Assembly (NCBI GenBank): GCA_964016885.1
Contig: OZ024742.1
Span: forward strand, 104,470,001 to 104,534,000
From: Eledone cirrhosa
Lineage: Eukaryota
DNA: 64,000 nt
Reading direction: 5' to 3'
The position numbers and the translations under genes are program-made. Below, in pieces: positions 38,638 through 52,020 of this stretch. The notes beneath the pieces were generated by a model. That model was not told the origin of the DNA and ran no database searches. It saw only the letters and a list, made by a program, of their open reading frames with translations. Positions within the stretch are counted from its first letter, which is position 1; the number at the start of each line of letters is the position of its first letter.

Positions 38638-38966
38638 TGGAGGCACATGGCTTAGTGGTTAGAGCATTGGGCTTGCAATCGAAAGGTTGTGAGTTCAATT
38701 CTCAGACCGGGTGATGTGTTGTTTCTTTGAGCAAGACCCTTTATTTCACATTGCTCCAGTTTACTCAGCTGTAGAAATGAGATGATCGGGGTCCATATCA
38801 TTCCACTGCAAAGTGGTCGTGGAGGTGCCACGGCAAAAAGCACCCAGCACTCACTGTAAATGAGGTTGGTGTTAGGAAGGGCATCCAGCTGTAGAAATCA
38901 AGCCAGAATCAGTCCCTGTCCCACCCTTGCAAGCAGGGAAAAGCGGACGTAAAATGATGATGATGA

Positions 38967-38970
<4 letters not shown>
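38637..38970 (+). mobile_element. tRNA-headed, CORE-like SINE family B with RTE-derived tail, full length
   Basis: A box TGGCTTAGTGG, B box GAGTTCAATTC, central 'gtgttgt.tc.ttgagcaagac.ctttatttcac' and RTE tail with (GAT)n. Near-identical copies at 50353-50690(-) and 63587-63859(+). Confidence 0.92.
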
Positions 38971-39005
<35 letters not shown>

Positions 39006-39214
39006 TTATGTGGTTTCCTGTGATATTGACAGTGTGCAAAGCTCTGAGGTCTTGGATTTTTAGCCCTAATTCTCTCATAGAGCCCCATGATCGTTATATA
39101 TATCGATCTGTTTCGATATATATGTGTGTGTGTATACACGCATAAACTAAACAGACATATATATCTATACATATATATGTATTTTTATGCGTGTGTATAT
39201 GTACGCGTTTAGGT

Positions 39215-39385
39215 TTTCATAAAAGAGGAAGACAGTGCATTACTCAATACAAATGTAGAGTAAATATTTGTTGTAGAGCTGCGATTATTTTCTGTTAATA
39301 ATTAGTTTCATGAGTTTCGTGTTTACCACTACCAGTAATAAACGTGAAACTAAATAGTAACAGAGTAATCTTAGATCTATAATAT
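39215..39385 (+). mobile_element. TA-embedded fold-back element
   Basis: Leader tactcaatacaaatgtagagt at 39241-39261; inverted repeats at 39271-39312 and 39343-39382 containing the hammerhead 3' half GAAACTA-AA-TAGTA. Confidence 0.6.
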
Positions 39386-40444
39386 ACGTAGATACACACA
39401 CACACCCGCACACATACATACATGTATACATACACACACCCGCACACAGATGCATACGCACTCATAATCACTGCGTTAACTGCATTGCTATGTTTGGTGC
39501 TAGGAGCACAACGCAGTTTTCAGAAGATGACAGAAATATAGGTTAGAACGTAAATGAATGCATCACACAGAAGATTTCCAAGCTTACTGGCTAGGGCATG
39601 ACATACCTTGCTAATTACCTGCCTGCCTGCCTGGCTCTATATGTAGACTAGTAGTTAGTTAGATACTAGAATGGTTTCTTTTACAAAGAGATGTTCTCAT
39701 TTGCAAGAAAATACGTACATTCAAATACACCCACTCACACATAGTCTCTCTCTCAAATACAAAAACACACATACAAACAAATGTACACATATACACAGGT
39801 TAAATAAATAGTTAAACATCAAACGGCATGTGTTTTTTTTTCCTTTTTTTTTTAAGTTGTCTATTTGTAATCAGGCATCTATTAATTAGTGATTATCTCC
39901 CTTTGAGTTTAAAAACGAGTGGGAGAAATTATTACTTTATCACATTCTTTTACAAAAGATGTATTCGTGAGTGAAATTGGGTGGACGGAAACTGCTTGGA
40001 AGCTCGTTGGATGGACTGTACTAGTAATTCAAAGGACCGGCCTTGTTACACATTAAGTCACGCTGAACCTCTCCAAGAATTACGTTGAGTACATGTTTTT
40101 GTTGAATACTCAGGCGCTTTTTAAAAAAGTTTATTCAAGAATTAACTAGAAATATCATCGGCATACATTAGCACGTTTTTCTCAGTTTTTATAAGGGTAA
40201 GAAAATTTAACAATGAAATGTTTTTATTTTACTTTATAGATTATGAGTTACCCAAACTAGTTTATGTTTATAGATCGGGCCGATCATTGGGTTAAGTAAA
40301 ACGAGGGCAAATAAAGAATAATGTTGGCAACAGTTGTTATAAATCAATTGTATATATTGTGTGTGAGTGTGTGTCTACATTATAAACCTTATTGTTTGAA
40401 GACTGCCACCCTACTCCTACCCGAATATGTCGTCTGCCCCATAC

Positions 40445-40620
40445 TCCCAGCCACAGGTCTTGCACATGTGGGCAGCTAACTCTGCTCCAATAATAGTGAG
40501 CAGGGACGTGGACCTGGGACCAAGAACACTGGATGTCTCCACAGCTACAGGCTCAACCACAAACCTATCAGAGATCAGCCGATACTTTGACAGTTTGCTC
40601 TCTTTTGCCTGGGCTGGTTA
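40445..40620 (-). pseudogene. CRE-like RLE 3' fragment
   Basis: Minus strand reads ESKLSKYRLISDRFVVEPVAVETSSVLGPRSTSLLTIIGAELA, homologous to 4161-4385. Confidence 0.8.
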
Positions 40621-42338
40621 ATTTCATGAGCAGGCTTTGCTGCCCACTAAGCAGAAGAGAGCAAATTGTCAAAGTATCGGCTGCTCTCTGGGTGCTTTTT
40701 GTCATGGAACCAGTATGACCACCTTACAGAGTTGACTATGTATATTTTATCTAGCAAGGATAAATCAACACCCTTACTCTTTGGTGCCTTTTAACAGGGT
40801 CCATTCTGTTACCAGTATTTTCTACTTAGTTTTCAACCAATCTTGGAAGCCATCCAAAAAAAAAAAAAAATCGTGGATGCTACCCTCCCTCATCTCACTA
40901 AGCCATCACAAAAACAATTCTAACTCTCACAATATAAAGATAAGTTTGAATACTCTTATATTTTACACAAGTACATATGTGAGTGAGTAGATGTGTTTGT
41001 TTTTAGATAATTCTATAAAAAGCACCCAGTCCATGGTGTAAATGTAGCTGGCGTTAGGAAGGGCATCCAGCTGTATAAACTAAGCCAGAAACAGTTCTAT
41101 ATGAGCAAGAGACAGTCATCTGACCTGACTTGACTCATAACAGGACAACTCGTCTAACCCATGCTAGTGTAGAAAAATGGGTGTTAAATGATGATGATGT
41201 ATGTATATCATCATTATTATCATCATCATCATCATTTTTATGTCCATTTTCCATGCTGGTGTGGGTTGAACCAATTATCACAGTCTAAGACTAGACAGGT
41301 CAGTAAACTACATCTTGCTCACAAGTTCCATTTTTGGAGTGGTTTCTACAGCTGGATATCCTTCCTAATACCAACCACTTTACAGAGTGTACTAGATGTA
41401 TTTAATTGTAGCACCAGTGCTTACTTCTATACTAAGTGAACTGGGTGAATTTTAACATGGCTCCAGCACTATCACTTTACAGAGTATGCTAGGTGCATTT
41501 TATCATGGCACCAGGTCTCCCCAAAGCAATATTGTTTCTGATGAAAAAAAGGGAAACAACATGTAGATGGTGTAAATTAATTTCGATATTTAATTTAATT
41601 TTTTTTTTAATTCAAATATGTTGATTTTTCACAACTGCTCACATTTATTTAGTGATTCTTTCATTCTTACTTTAGCAAATAAACTGAAGTCTATGCTTTG
41701 CTGAGAAGACCTAATAAGTTCAAAACATAACTGGAGTAGTCTCCCATATGTGCCGAATGATGAAAGAAAATATTAGTCATAGAACTAATGTTGTCTTTTC
41801 TTCACCGCATAATTATTTCTAATTAGATATTTTTATGCTCACTACATGAAGTGAATTAACACTAACTTAACTATTGTTTTTCATATAGATAATATCTCTA
41901 TATATATTTTTTGTTAAATATGACAAAACAAGTTCCATGTTTTATTTCAAAGGTGAGTGGTTAATTATAGGAAGAATAACCAGCATAAATCAATTCTTCC
42001 ACAAAATAAATAAATAAATAAATACTCCAACCTTGTAAGAATGTAAAAATGATTGTATATTAGCAATAATAATTGATTATAGTTATTGTTTAGCTTTAGG
42101 TTGGTTTTGATCGAACAGACCTACAATCGAAGCTGTGTCCATCCCGCCTATTTTTAGATTAATTTTTCAGACATAGTCTGTTTAGGATACATTATATATG
42201 TCCTTCCTTTTATTTTTATTACGGTAGTATGAGATTTGTAAGTGATTTAGCTACTATTTCCAGCATTCTGAGCAACTGCATAGTGGCTTCCTTATAAACT
42301 GATTTTGTTCTAAGCTGTTATTTAGACTCTGGTCAGCA

Positions 42339-43042
42339 TTAACTCTTTTGATACCAAACTACCTAAAACTGTTCCTGTTTCTACTATACAGAACTGTTTA
42401 TTTTAAAGTGTTAACATTTAAGACAATGTCACTGGGCTGAGATCTTTCGCGCTACGCAGTAATACAGAAGACCCGCCTTGCCTAAGTACAAAGTGAAACC
42501 TACAGTCAGTAGGCACCTCTTAACCAAAATAGACCCTCGTCCCACTACCCCTACCCCCACCCCCATCTACACCACCCCTTTCGATGTAAAGTTATGTTGG
42601 TACCACAACATCCAGTCCTAAATAAATGAGGTTGTGTAGGTATCACGGCAAAAAAAAACACACAGTCCACGCTGTAATGTGGCCGTGTAGGTAACACGGT
42701 AAAAACCTCCCAGTCCACACTGTAAACGTGGTTGGTGTTAGGAAGGGCATCCAGCCGTAGAAAAGCCGCCAGACAGTCCTGAGCAAGACAACCAATCTTG
42801 CCTCAAGTGGGACAATTCCCGTCCAGACCCATGCTAGCGTGGAAGATGGACGTTAAACGATGATGATGATGATAATGATGATAAAAACTTTCCATCATAA
42901 TTTTAAGTAAGAAGTTATGTTGCAAACAAATATAAGAAATTTGTTGCATTAGTAAATCTCTCCAAACTCTAGATTATTTACAAAATTATTAGAAAATCAC
43001 AAGCTATGTCTTTCATTAGGAATATAGGAACAAATGTGTTAA
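42339..43042. mobile_element. Second TTAA-flanked (piggyBac-like) MITE interrupted by a family D retroposon (~42410-42880)
   Basis: Left end ttaactcttttgatacc, decayed right end ...ggaacaaatgtgttaa. Relatives at 43060-43220, 53440-53600 and 59690-60064 (ending aaagggttaa). Confidence 0.55.
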
Positions 43043-43659
43043 AGTGTTTATATCTATCTAAAGACCTTCCATCATAATTTTATGTAAGAACATTTTTTAA
43101 GTTATTTTCCAAACAGGAAATAATAAGAAAATTTGTTGCATTACTAAATCTCACCAAATTCTTGATTAATTTCAAACTTATTTGAAAATCACAGTTAATG
43201 TCTTTTATTCAGAATATGTTAATGAAAAGATCAGTTAGCAGACTTATGATCGAAGGCAATCTAGAGCATACTGCCATTTTTCTCCATAAGTATCAAACTA
43301 TCATCATCATCATCATCATTTTACGTCCGCTTTTCCCTGCTCATGGATATCATCCAACTATCATCTAATCTATCCTTCCATTATTAAAACAGTAGAGTGT
43401 GAGTGGTATGAATTTTGGCTGCTATTACTAGCAGGCTGAACCATCCCATATAGAGGTCCTCTTTACTATTATGATCATCCCTATTTCAATTTTACTTTTA
43501 GTTACACAAAGGGTGAAACACACACCTTGATAACATTAGTGGTTTCTAATAACAACTTATGCCCTTACATAGATGGCTTTAGAATGTACAGATCCACTTT
43601 GGTCTTCATCGTTCTTAAGTTGATAAAATAATTCAAAACAGATCCAGACTATTAATCTA

Positions 43660-43980
43660 TTAATGATAATGGAGATGATAGTGGTGGTGATAATGGTGAT
43701 GATGGTGGTGATAATGGTGATGATGACGGAGATGATGGTGGTGATAATGGTGATAATGATGATGATGGTGATAACAGTAATGATGATAATGAAGATGGTG
43801 GATATGATAATAGTGGTGATAATGCTGATGATGATGAAGATGATGGTGATAGGCATAATGATGAGGATGATGATGGTGGCAGTAATAATAGTGATGATGA
43901 GGATAAAGATGGTGGTGGTGATAATGGGGATGATGATGATAATAATAGTGGTGATATTGGTGATGATGATGATGACGATT
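43660..43980. repeat. Degenerate trinucleotide repeat (ATG/GTG/ATA)
   Basis: Explains the low-complexity ORFs 43557..44052. Confidence 0.95.
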
Positions 43981-44128
43981 CAAAGTATCATCAAAACTGT
44001 ATCTCACACACACAACCTTAACTGTCAAAGTGTTTAATCTCATGTAACACACCGGAACTCAAACTCAACATCTCCCATAAAACATTTTATTTACCACACA
44101 CTGCATCTCATATAACACAGCATTCCAT

Positions 44129-44262
44129 GCAACCATACATTGCAATCATATACTGCAACCATGCACTGCAACCATACATTGCAACCATGCACTGCAACCA
44201 TACATTGCAACCATACATTGCAACCAAACACTACAATCATACACTACAACCATACACTGCAA
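44129..44262. repeat. 13-bp minisatellite (GCAACCATRCAYT), ~10 copies
   Basis: gcaaccatacatt / gcaaccatgcact units in tandem. Confidence 0.9.
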
Positions 44263-44877
44263 TAAAGTGTGTACAGTATAAAATGTGGTACAGAATTTAG
44301 CCATAGTTTTTTTCCTTTTTTCTCTCATCCTGTTTATTATCTTTGGTGTATTGTATACCCTTTGATCAAGACTCCTATCATTAAAAAAAAGTCAAGTTAA
44401 AGTCTGTCTCAACCTTGGAGGCTCATCAGGCTGATCCTTATCCCAGTTTAAGTAACTAAGACTACAAGAATCCTTCCTGGACAGGACATCAATCTATTGC
44501 AGCATTAACTTACAACTATTGCTGGTACTTATTTGCAGCTGAGTGCACTATAGCAATGTGAAATGGGTTGTTTTTCTCAAGAACACAACATGCCACCTGA
44601 TCTAGGAATTGAACCTACAACATTATGATTGTAAATCCAACACCTTAACCATAAGGTCATGCATCTTCAATCATATAATAATATAAGTCTTATTGAATCA
44701 AGAGCAAATTGTTTAGGTTACCTTTCCATGATGTACATCTATTGAAAGGACACAGGTCCAATCAACAGCAACTATCATACAGTTATTCCAACAGTTTATG
44801 CAAATATTTACATTTACAAAGAAATTGAAACTTCATCTAATATGAGGAAATTATCATAAAGGTTTAAAATGTATAGA

Positions 44878-45032
44878 GATATGGCTGAAGGGTTAAGGAG
44901 TCCACTTTGTAACCAGTTGGTTCTTAGTTCATTCCCACTATGAGGCACCTTCGGCAAGTCTCTTCTACTTTAGCCTCAGTTTGATCAATGCCTTGTGAAT
45001 GGAATTTGTTTGACATAAACTACAGAAAGGCC
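44878..45032 (+). mobile_element. Old tRNA-headed CORE-like SINE (distinct family)
   Basis: TGGCTGAAGGGTTAAG...AGTTCATTCCC, then 'gcaccttcggcaagtctcttctactttagcctcag', resembling the CORE domain. Confidence 0.65.
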
Positions 45033-45243
45033 TGGTGTGTGTGTGAGTGTGTGTGTATTTGTGTGTACATCTTAAAGGGTTACAGCTGGCGATATAAATA
45101 AATATACAAACACATGTGACATTATTATGGTTCATTTTATGATATTGATAAATAAATTCAAATATCTCTAAATTTGATCTCTTTGTTGGTGTAAGATTTC
45201 TGATGTAAGACATAATCAATAATAAGTTAATATAGACACTTAC

Positions 45244-45282
45244 CTCTCGTATACCTCCAGTTGGTGTACATGTTGTCATTAC
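45244..45282 (-). CDS. Candidate 39-nt internal exon of an unidentified host gene
   Basis: Minus strand: ttttgttttctttgttctattcaacag|GTAATGACAACATGTACACCAACTGGAGGTATACGAGAG|gtaagt. Strong acceptor, consensus donor, length a multiple of 3, and two open frames (VMTTCTPTGGIRE or xNDNMYTNWRYTRx). Confidence 0.65.
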
Positions 45283-45547
45283 CTGTTGAATAGAACAAAG
45301 AAAACAAAATTATAAGTATTGTACTTTTTCTTTTAAACAGACATGTAAAGTGAGATTTGGAAATGAGAAAAATGAGAAAGAAAAACATGCAAAATTATGT
45401 CCCATATCTTTCTTAAATATATTATCAAAAAAATGAAATGAAATGGTTGCTTCCAACTGAAAATCAAAATTGAGGTGTACATTGGATTAGCTAAAAATAT
45501 ATCAACATTTGCCATGTATCTGTGTATATCATGCCTCATCCTGTTCA

Positions 45548-45637
45548 TTTTCCTGACATTTGTACATTATTCTATGTGCTATACATGCACCTTTGATGAG
45601 TTGTAGTGCACCTGATCACTGTACACTATAATTTCAT
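45548..45637 (+). mobile_element. 3' UTR of a CR1-like LINE
   Basis: Reverse-complement match to 47232-47322. Confidence 0.8.
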
Positions 45638-45834
45638 TGGATTGGCAGTATTGGTAGAGGGTCGGACACCATGCTTTAACGCATAGAGTTACGGCCCTTG
45701 CCATTCTGAGTTCAAATCCGGCTGAGGTTAACTTTGCCTTTCATCCTTACGGGGTCGATAAAATAAAGTACCAGTAATACACTGGGTAATTGCTGGCCTT
45801 GTGCCAAAAGTAGAAACAATTATTATTATTATTA
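45638..45834 (+). mobile_element. SINE A short form, inserted in the (ATT)n tail of the CR1-like fragment
   Basis: Full family A sequence ending in (ATT)n. Confidence 0.9.
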
Positions 45835-47113
45835 TGATTTTTTCGCTAGACACAAACTCAATTTACACGGAGCCAGGTAAACATCCTTTTACGGACTTAG
45901 GCACTTGAAGAATTATGCCCTACTCCACCATATATAAATCTGGAAAATATATTTTTTTTAAATGACAAATACATTTAATTTGTGAGTATGGCTGTAGTAG
46001 TTATATCTGTATGTATGTATGTGTGTGTATGTATGGATGTATGAATGTTTGTATTTATGTATGTAATGTTTCAGAACACTATTGTAACATCATCCTAAAC
46101 AAAACACCTGTCTTTCCCCACCTTGCACAGACAAGCATAAAGAACAAATGTACACAGAAATAGCTGCGCCACCTCAATGCTCCCACCCACCCCAATGCTG
46201 TTCTGGGATGTACGCTATGAACAAAAGGTACTACATTGCCAGTCTCTGCTGTGGTGACCCCCAGCACTTGAATATATCCTTTTGGAACATTTTTGAACAC
46301 TATTTATAGTACTAAATTTTAACACATCTGAGTACAACTGATGACATCAGTAACATTTTTATAATGCAGAAATGTTTGACTATCAATGGTTTATACTTGT
46401 GCCAAGTTTCATTGTCATAGCATTAGTGGTTCAGGAATAAAACAGGGGAATGAGCTCTCAGAGATCCCACCTAGCTTATGAAGCCCCCAAACTGCCTAGG
46501 TTTTATAGGGTTAATCATTATTTTTCTTCAGTTAGAGACAATATAATATATTTCTTGGGATAGATTAACCCGTAAGCAAAATAAACATGTTTAGGGCATC
46601 AAGGGAAGATGACCACCATTTTATTCAAATTAAATGTATTTGTCATTTCAAAAACATTTTTTTTGCAGACTTTATGTGTAGTAAAAACCAAAGCACAAGT
46701 ATATTGAAACAAATTATTGGAGGGACTTAAGCCCCAAAAGCCCCTTAGCACCTGAAGAGTTGTAACATCATGAGTCAACTCCTAAAAACAGACAGACAAC
46801 AAGAAATAATCTTTGGAATTCAATATTTATTTCAAAAATCTTGCAATAAATTTGTTTAACTAGAATTGATAATAAGTAATTAGGATGTTGCAGTTTAAGA
46901 GGCATATATATATTAACAAAAAAAGACATAAAATGTATGTAGAAGGATGACAGAAATAGAATTCCTAAAAATACTACATGTTTAAGTAGCGGAACATTTA
47001 TATAATGACACTAATGGTCATGAAAGATAAATGGATTGATATCACTCAAAGAATGATCATAATATTTAGAACAGCATGACATATACATATACGCACACAC
47101 ATATACATATATG

Positions 47114-47745
47114 AGTGGAGGCACGTATCCTAGTGGTAAGGATGTTGGACTTATGATCATAATGTCATGGGTTTGATTCCTGGACTGAGTTATGTGTTGT
47201 GTTCTTGAGCAAAACACTTTAATAATAATAATAATGAAATTATTGTGTAAAGTGCTCAGGTGCACTACAACTCATCAAAGGTGCATGTATAGTACATAGA
47301 ATAATATACAAATGTCAGGGAAGTGAATAGTGTATGAGTCATGATATACATGTGTGTATGTGTATGGAGGGGGAACATTAGGTGTAGTGATGGCGAATCT
47401 CGGGAAGCATGGAGGTTTTAAAGGATGCAGTGTCTCGACAGATAACAACTCGTGCAGGTAGTTTGTTCCATGCTTCAGCAACTCTGAGCGTGAACAAATG
47501 TTTCTAAAAGTCATGGGAACTGTGCTGTTTTCTGACTTTGTGGGCATGTCCACGTGTGTTAGACACATGGAAATCAAAAAGGTACTCAGGTTTAATGTTG
47601 CCCCAGTATACTCAACTGAAAATGAGTATCAGCAATATCTGGGTGGGTTTAACTCTGCAATGGACTGGCATCCTATCCAGAAGGGGCTTCATGCCATGAA
47701 AACCGATATAAGCATTCGCCTGTCCCAGTGTGATGATGGTGTCCA
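47114..47745 (+). mobile_element. SINE B-type element split by a CR1-like insertion
   Basis: tRNA head and 'ttgagcaaaacacttt' at 47114-47220; the element resumes at ~47592 with 'atgttgccccagtatactcaactgaaaatgagta'. Confidence 0.7.
47221..47590 (-). pseudogene. CR1-like LINE 3' end (ORF2 C-terminus, 3' UTR and (ATT)n tail)
   Basis: Minus strand reads TRGHAHKV...LFTLRVAEAWNKLPARVV...FK, the conserved CR1/L2-type ORF2 terminus. Confidence 0.88.
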
Positions 47746-48049
47746 AAGGTTTTCTAGGGTGTGCTTTCTAAAGTGAACAACAAGCGAAAGATATATAACA
47801 GAGTTACATTGAGTGGATCAAACAACAATATAAATCTTCTTCACTACATCCAATAAAGACACAAAAAGAAAAAAGGAAAAAAGATCTGGTGAGAAGTGAA
47901 AGTTGATCTCATGATGTCAAACCTCACAAAAGAGAAGAATCAGGAAAGAGAAAAGTCCAACGCTTGCTAGCGGGGAAGACGGACATATGATGATGATAAT
48001 GATTATATATATATATCCCTCTTTAAAGGTCTTTACCTGGTTTTTATAA

Positions 48050-48350
48050 GCTAGGAGTGCTCCAGTTGTATGAGCAATGGAATGTTCATGAAATGAACAT
48101 GCAAGTGGCTGAGCATTCCACAAACAGATGCAATCTTACTGTAGTTCACAAGGAGATTCAGTGAGACAATGTGTGAAATGGCTGGCCCTTTGACTTACAG
48201 GTACATATTATTTTTACCAGCTGGGTGGGTGGACTGGAGCAAAGTGAAATAAAGTATCTTGCTCAAGGGCATAACGCACTGCCAGAAATTGAACTCACCT
48301 CCTACAATTGTGAGCCAAAACCCCTAACTACTAAGCCATGTACTTTCACT
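48050..48350 (-). mobile_element. SINE B-type head with an alternative body
   Basis: Same head and CORE-like block as 38637. The body is shared with 25095-25290 and 40025-40115. Other B-type heads at 36590-36745, 44400-44670, 50740-50960, 56577-56695 and 59515-59670. Confidence 0.75.
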
Positions 48351-48601
48351 ATAAATATAGATATATGAAGGAGAGAGAGAGAGAGAGAGAGAGAGAGTGA
48401 GAGAGAGAGAAAACAAAGTATGTTAATGAAAAATGGTAAAAGAAAGAAGTCTTTGTTCAGTAAATTGGAACATTTCCTAAAACAAATGTTTCATCTACCT
48501 ACATAACCCTTTGACATTCTATTCACAGAACTATAGAAACCTATGTGTGATAATTTTACTTGCTAGAAATAGCAGCTAAATCTTACTTAAATCACCCTAC
48601 T

Positions 48602-48980
48602 CCTCCTCCTTCACCTACTTATTCCTGGGAGGGTGGTGAGGTCAGAGTCAGACACGCTTTTCAGATTGTTCTATTAGAAGTAACCATCACCGAATGATCT
48701 GGTTGGATTTCCAAGCAAGACCAAACCAGCTTATGGATATCATCCAACCATCATGCTTGTTGTCTACCTCTGGGTCTCCTGTTGGTTGACTTTGCCAGTA
48801 AAGACATGTCCATAGAACCAGAGCTATGATCTCTTGATTAAGAAGAGTATCATCTCTACATGGAGTAACTGCCTGATATCTGAGCTATGGACCTTATCAT
48901 GTAATGTTATTCCAAAGACCCATTTCATCCACTTGTATTTGTGATTGTATTCTTTTGGTCATTACAGAAGATGCACGACC
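48602..48980 (-). mobile_element. RTE LINE 3' fragment (same family as 15880-16350) inserted into a family E repeat
   Basis: Colinear with 15900-16320; accctact is duplicated on both sides. Confidence 0.8.
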
Positions 48981-50352
48981 AAATCATACCCTACTGTCTC
49001 AAAAAAAGAGTAGACATTAGATAATGTAATTTTGGTCCTAGATTTCCTAAAACGTTGGACTGGCCATAGATGGAATGCCTTTGATCATAGTTTTACTTGG
49101 TCAAAGTTCACCTGTGCTAAACAACAACAATCATTGCACTTAACAGACCATTTTTGAAACATATATGAAATGTATTATTGTTGTTCTTGTTGTTCTTGTT
49201 GATCATAGAATTAGTATGTATGTATCACAAAAACATCCAGCCCACACTGTAAAGTGGTCATGTAGGTTTCACAACAAAAAGCACCCAATCCAAACTGTAA
49301 AGTGGTCTTGTAGGTGTCACGACAAAAAGCATACAGAACACACTGTAAATGTGATTGGTATTAGGAAGGGCATCCAGCCGTAGAAATCTAGCCAGAAACA
49401 GTCCTATATGAGCAAGAGATGGTCGCCTGACCCAATTTGCCTTTAATGGAACAATCCATCTAACCCATGCTAGTGTGGAAAATGGATGTTAAATGTAGAT
49501 GATTATAATGATGATGATGATGATATATATGAACCTGTAACTCCTGATGGAATCGTAGAAGTGCTGTCATGACATACAATGTCTCTTGAGCACTTTAAAC
49601 CTAGCAGAATCCATCCCCTCTTCAGGCCTGAACACAGCTGATTTCTTCCACAGAGGGATAAAAGGTAAAGTTGACTCCGGAAGGATTTGAACTCAGAGAG
49701 TCAGAATGACAACCATAAAGCATTCCATCCAATATTTTAACAACTCTGCCAATTCTTGATCTCTACTATTGACTGCCTCTCTGTCCCTTTGCCTGTATGT
49801 CTATTTGTCTCTCTCTCTCTCTCTATCTGTTTGTCTCTGTCTGTCTCTGTCTCTCTATCTGTCTATCTTTATCTCTGTTTGTTTCTCTCTCTCTCTCTCT
49901 CAGTTTGTCAATCTCTCCTCTTCTGTCTCTCAAACCCTCTCTCATTCTCTGTTACAACCACTCTTTTCCTTCCCCACCACCATGACACTGAATAAATAAG
50001 CATTAATTAATTAATACCTCTTAAATACTAAGAAGTAACAAAATAACCCCACAAAAACAATGGATGTAGTTCAAAAAGAACTGGGGTGGAACAGTTGGGA
50101 AGAAGGTGGGTAAGTAATATACAATATATTCTAACAACGTTGACTAATTATATCATTTGAAACAGTTGAAAAACAAAGTGGTTTATTTTTGTGTGTCTAT
50201 TATACAAAGGACTGTTGTAATTAATTCATTACTGAAAATATTTATTAAATATATATACTTTTACCACTGAAAAAAAAACCAAGGTTGTCTGGTATGAGTA
50301 GTTGATGAATAGAGAAGTTTGATTGTCTTGTTCAGCTTCCATTTGAATCATG

Positions 50353-50690
50353 TCATCATCATCATCATTTCATTTTACGTCCGCTTTTTCCCTGCTTGCA
50401 AGGGTGGGATGGGAACTGATTCTGGCTTGATTTCTACAGCTGGATGCCCTTCCTAACACCAACCTCATTTACAGTGAGTGCTGGGTGCTTTTTTGCCGTG
50501 GCACCTCCATGACCATTTTGCAGTGGAATGATATGGACCCCAGTCCCTATCATCTCATTTCTACAGCTGAGTAAACTGGAGCAATGTGAAATAAAGTGTC
50601 TTGCTCAAGGAAACAACACATCACCTGGTCTGAGAATTGAACTCACAACCTTTTGATTGCAAGGCCAATGCTCTAACCACTAAGCCATGT
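50353..50690 (-). mobile_element. SINE family B, full length
   Basis: Near-identical reverse complement of 38637-38970. Confidence 0.92.
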
Positions 50691-50966
50691 GTATATATAT
50701 ATATATATATCATCATCATCATCATCATCCGTTCGCTTTTCCCTGCTTGCAAGGGGAGTCAAAAAGTCTAAAGTCTGTCTTAAGCCAGTGAAGCAACTGA
50801 GAATACAAGACTTCACTCTCGACAGGACACCAGTCCATCGCAGAGTTAAACCCCTAGCTATTGCTGGTACTCATTTTTAGCTGAGTATACAGGAGCAACG
50901 TGAAATGAAGTGTTTTGTTCAAGAACACATCACGCAACCCAGCCCAGGAATCGACTCGAGAGCATC

Positions 50967-51006
<40 letters not shown>

Positions 51007-51352
51007 TCCTCCGCTGCTGACCCGTATGCTTGCGTGTCACTGCCGGGGAATCCAGACAACGACACCAAATGGCGGTGTGGGGCAAAACTATGACTGTATA
51101 TGCCTCAACTAGAACCTACACAAATGTAAATTAAGTCCATGCCATCCATAAACCCAAACAAAAGCAAACCCCATTCCTACAATCAACCCTACCCACTGTA
51201 ACATACTACACCAGCCATAGATTAAATTCAAACCCATCCTTCAAATTCACACCCCAGCTCAGTCAGTCAAACCACCAATAACTGCTCTAGTTAATGGTAT
51301 GAAAGTGATGGATGTCACCAGGCTGCAACCATCATATTATGTAGTTTATATA

Positions 51353-51539
51353 GGGCGGTGGATTGGCAGTATCGGTAGAGGGTCGGACGCCATGCTTTCC
51401 AGCATAGTTACGTCCCTTTACGATCTGAGTTCAAATCCCGACGAGGTTGACTTTGCCTTTCATCCTTACGGGGTCGATAAAATAAAGTACCAGTAATGCA
51501 CTGAGTAATTGCTGGCCTTGTGCCTAAAGTAGAAACAAA
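51353..51539 (+). mobile_element. SINE A short form, full length
   Basis: 15-bp TSD TATGTAGTTTATATA at 51338-51352 and 51540-51554. Confidence 0.93.
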
Positions 51540-51555
51540 TATGTAGTTTATATAT

Positions 51556-51745
51556 ATTATAAAAAGTTGGGACCTGATTGCTGAGCTCTTGCTGTTTCAA
51601 TAGCTAATTCCAGACAGCTGTTAAAACGGCAAGAGCTCAGCCGTCGGGTCCAGACTATTTATAATATAGCCATATTCTACTACCCCAAATATACGAATAC
51701 TCTGTTGAGCAATGGTCTAACTAACTTTAAACTGGTTCTATCCTT

Positions 51746-51748
<3 letters not shown>
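51556..51748 (-). mobile_element. TA-embedded hairpin element, family X1
   Basis: Stem 51556-51608 with 51612-51666; leader motif at 51674-51702; homologous to 9432-9636. Confidence 0.7.
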
Positions 51749-51816
<68 letters not shown>

Positions 51817-51819
<3 letters not shown>

Positions 51820-52020
51820 GGTGCGGACGATATTTGTTCGCAAGATTACTGTCTAGGAAAAAATAACACAGTAGTTTTATTTTTTAAGATATATTTATCA
51901 AACTTGGGTCAGTTTGTCTTCATGACTTATTCTTTCGATCTCACTTGATAAACCCGCCATTGGCTTTGATGACGGCCTCAAGCCGGCCTCGGAACCGGCT
52001 ACAGGCTTGGTCAAGTATCT
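51817..52020 (-). pseudogene. Tc1/mariner transposon right end: transposase C-terminus and TIR
   Basis: Minus strand reads ILDQACSRFRGRLEAVIKANGGFIK* (stop at 51941-51943); terminal CAGGGTG in (TA)n. Confidence 0.8.

Noticed and set aside
38637-38712. tRNA gene
   Set aside because: It has A and B boxes but no acceptor-stem closure and continues into a SINE body and tail; the same applies to the other SINE heads.
43557-44052. His-rich, Met/Ile-rich and Ile/Thr-rich ORFs
   Set aside because: They are translations of one degenerate triplet repeat in three frames.
44129-44262. CRISPR-like array (also 7096-7730 and 49225-49355)
   Set aside because: These are direct tandem units without unique spacers, in eukaryotic DNA with no cas genes.
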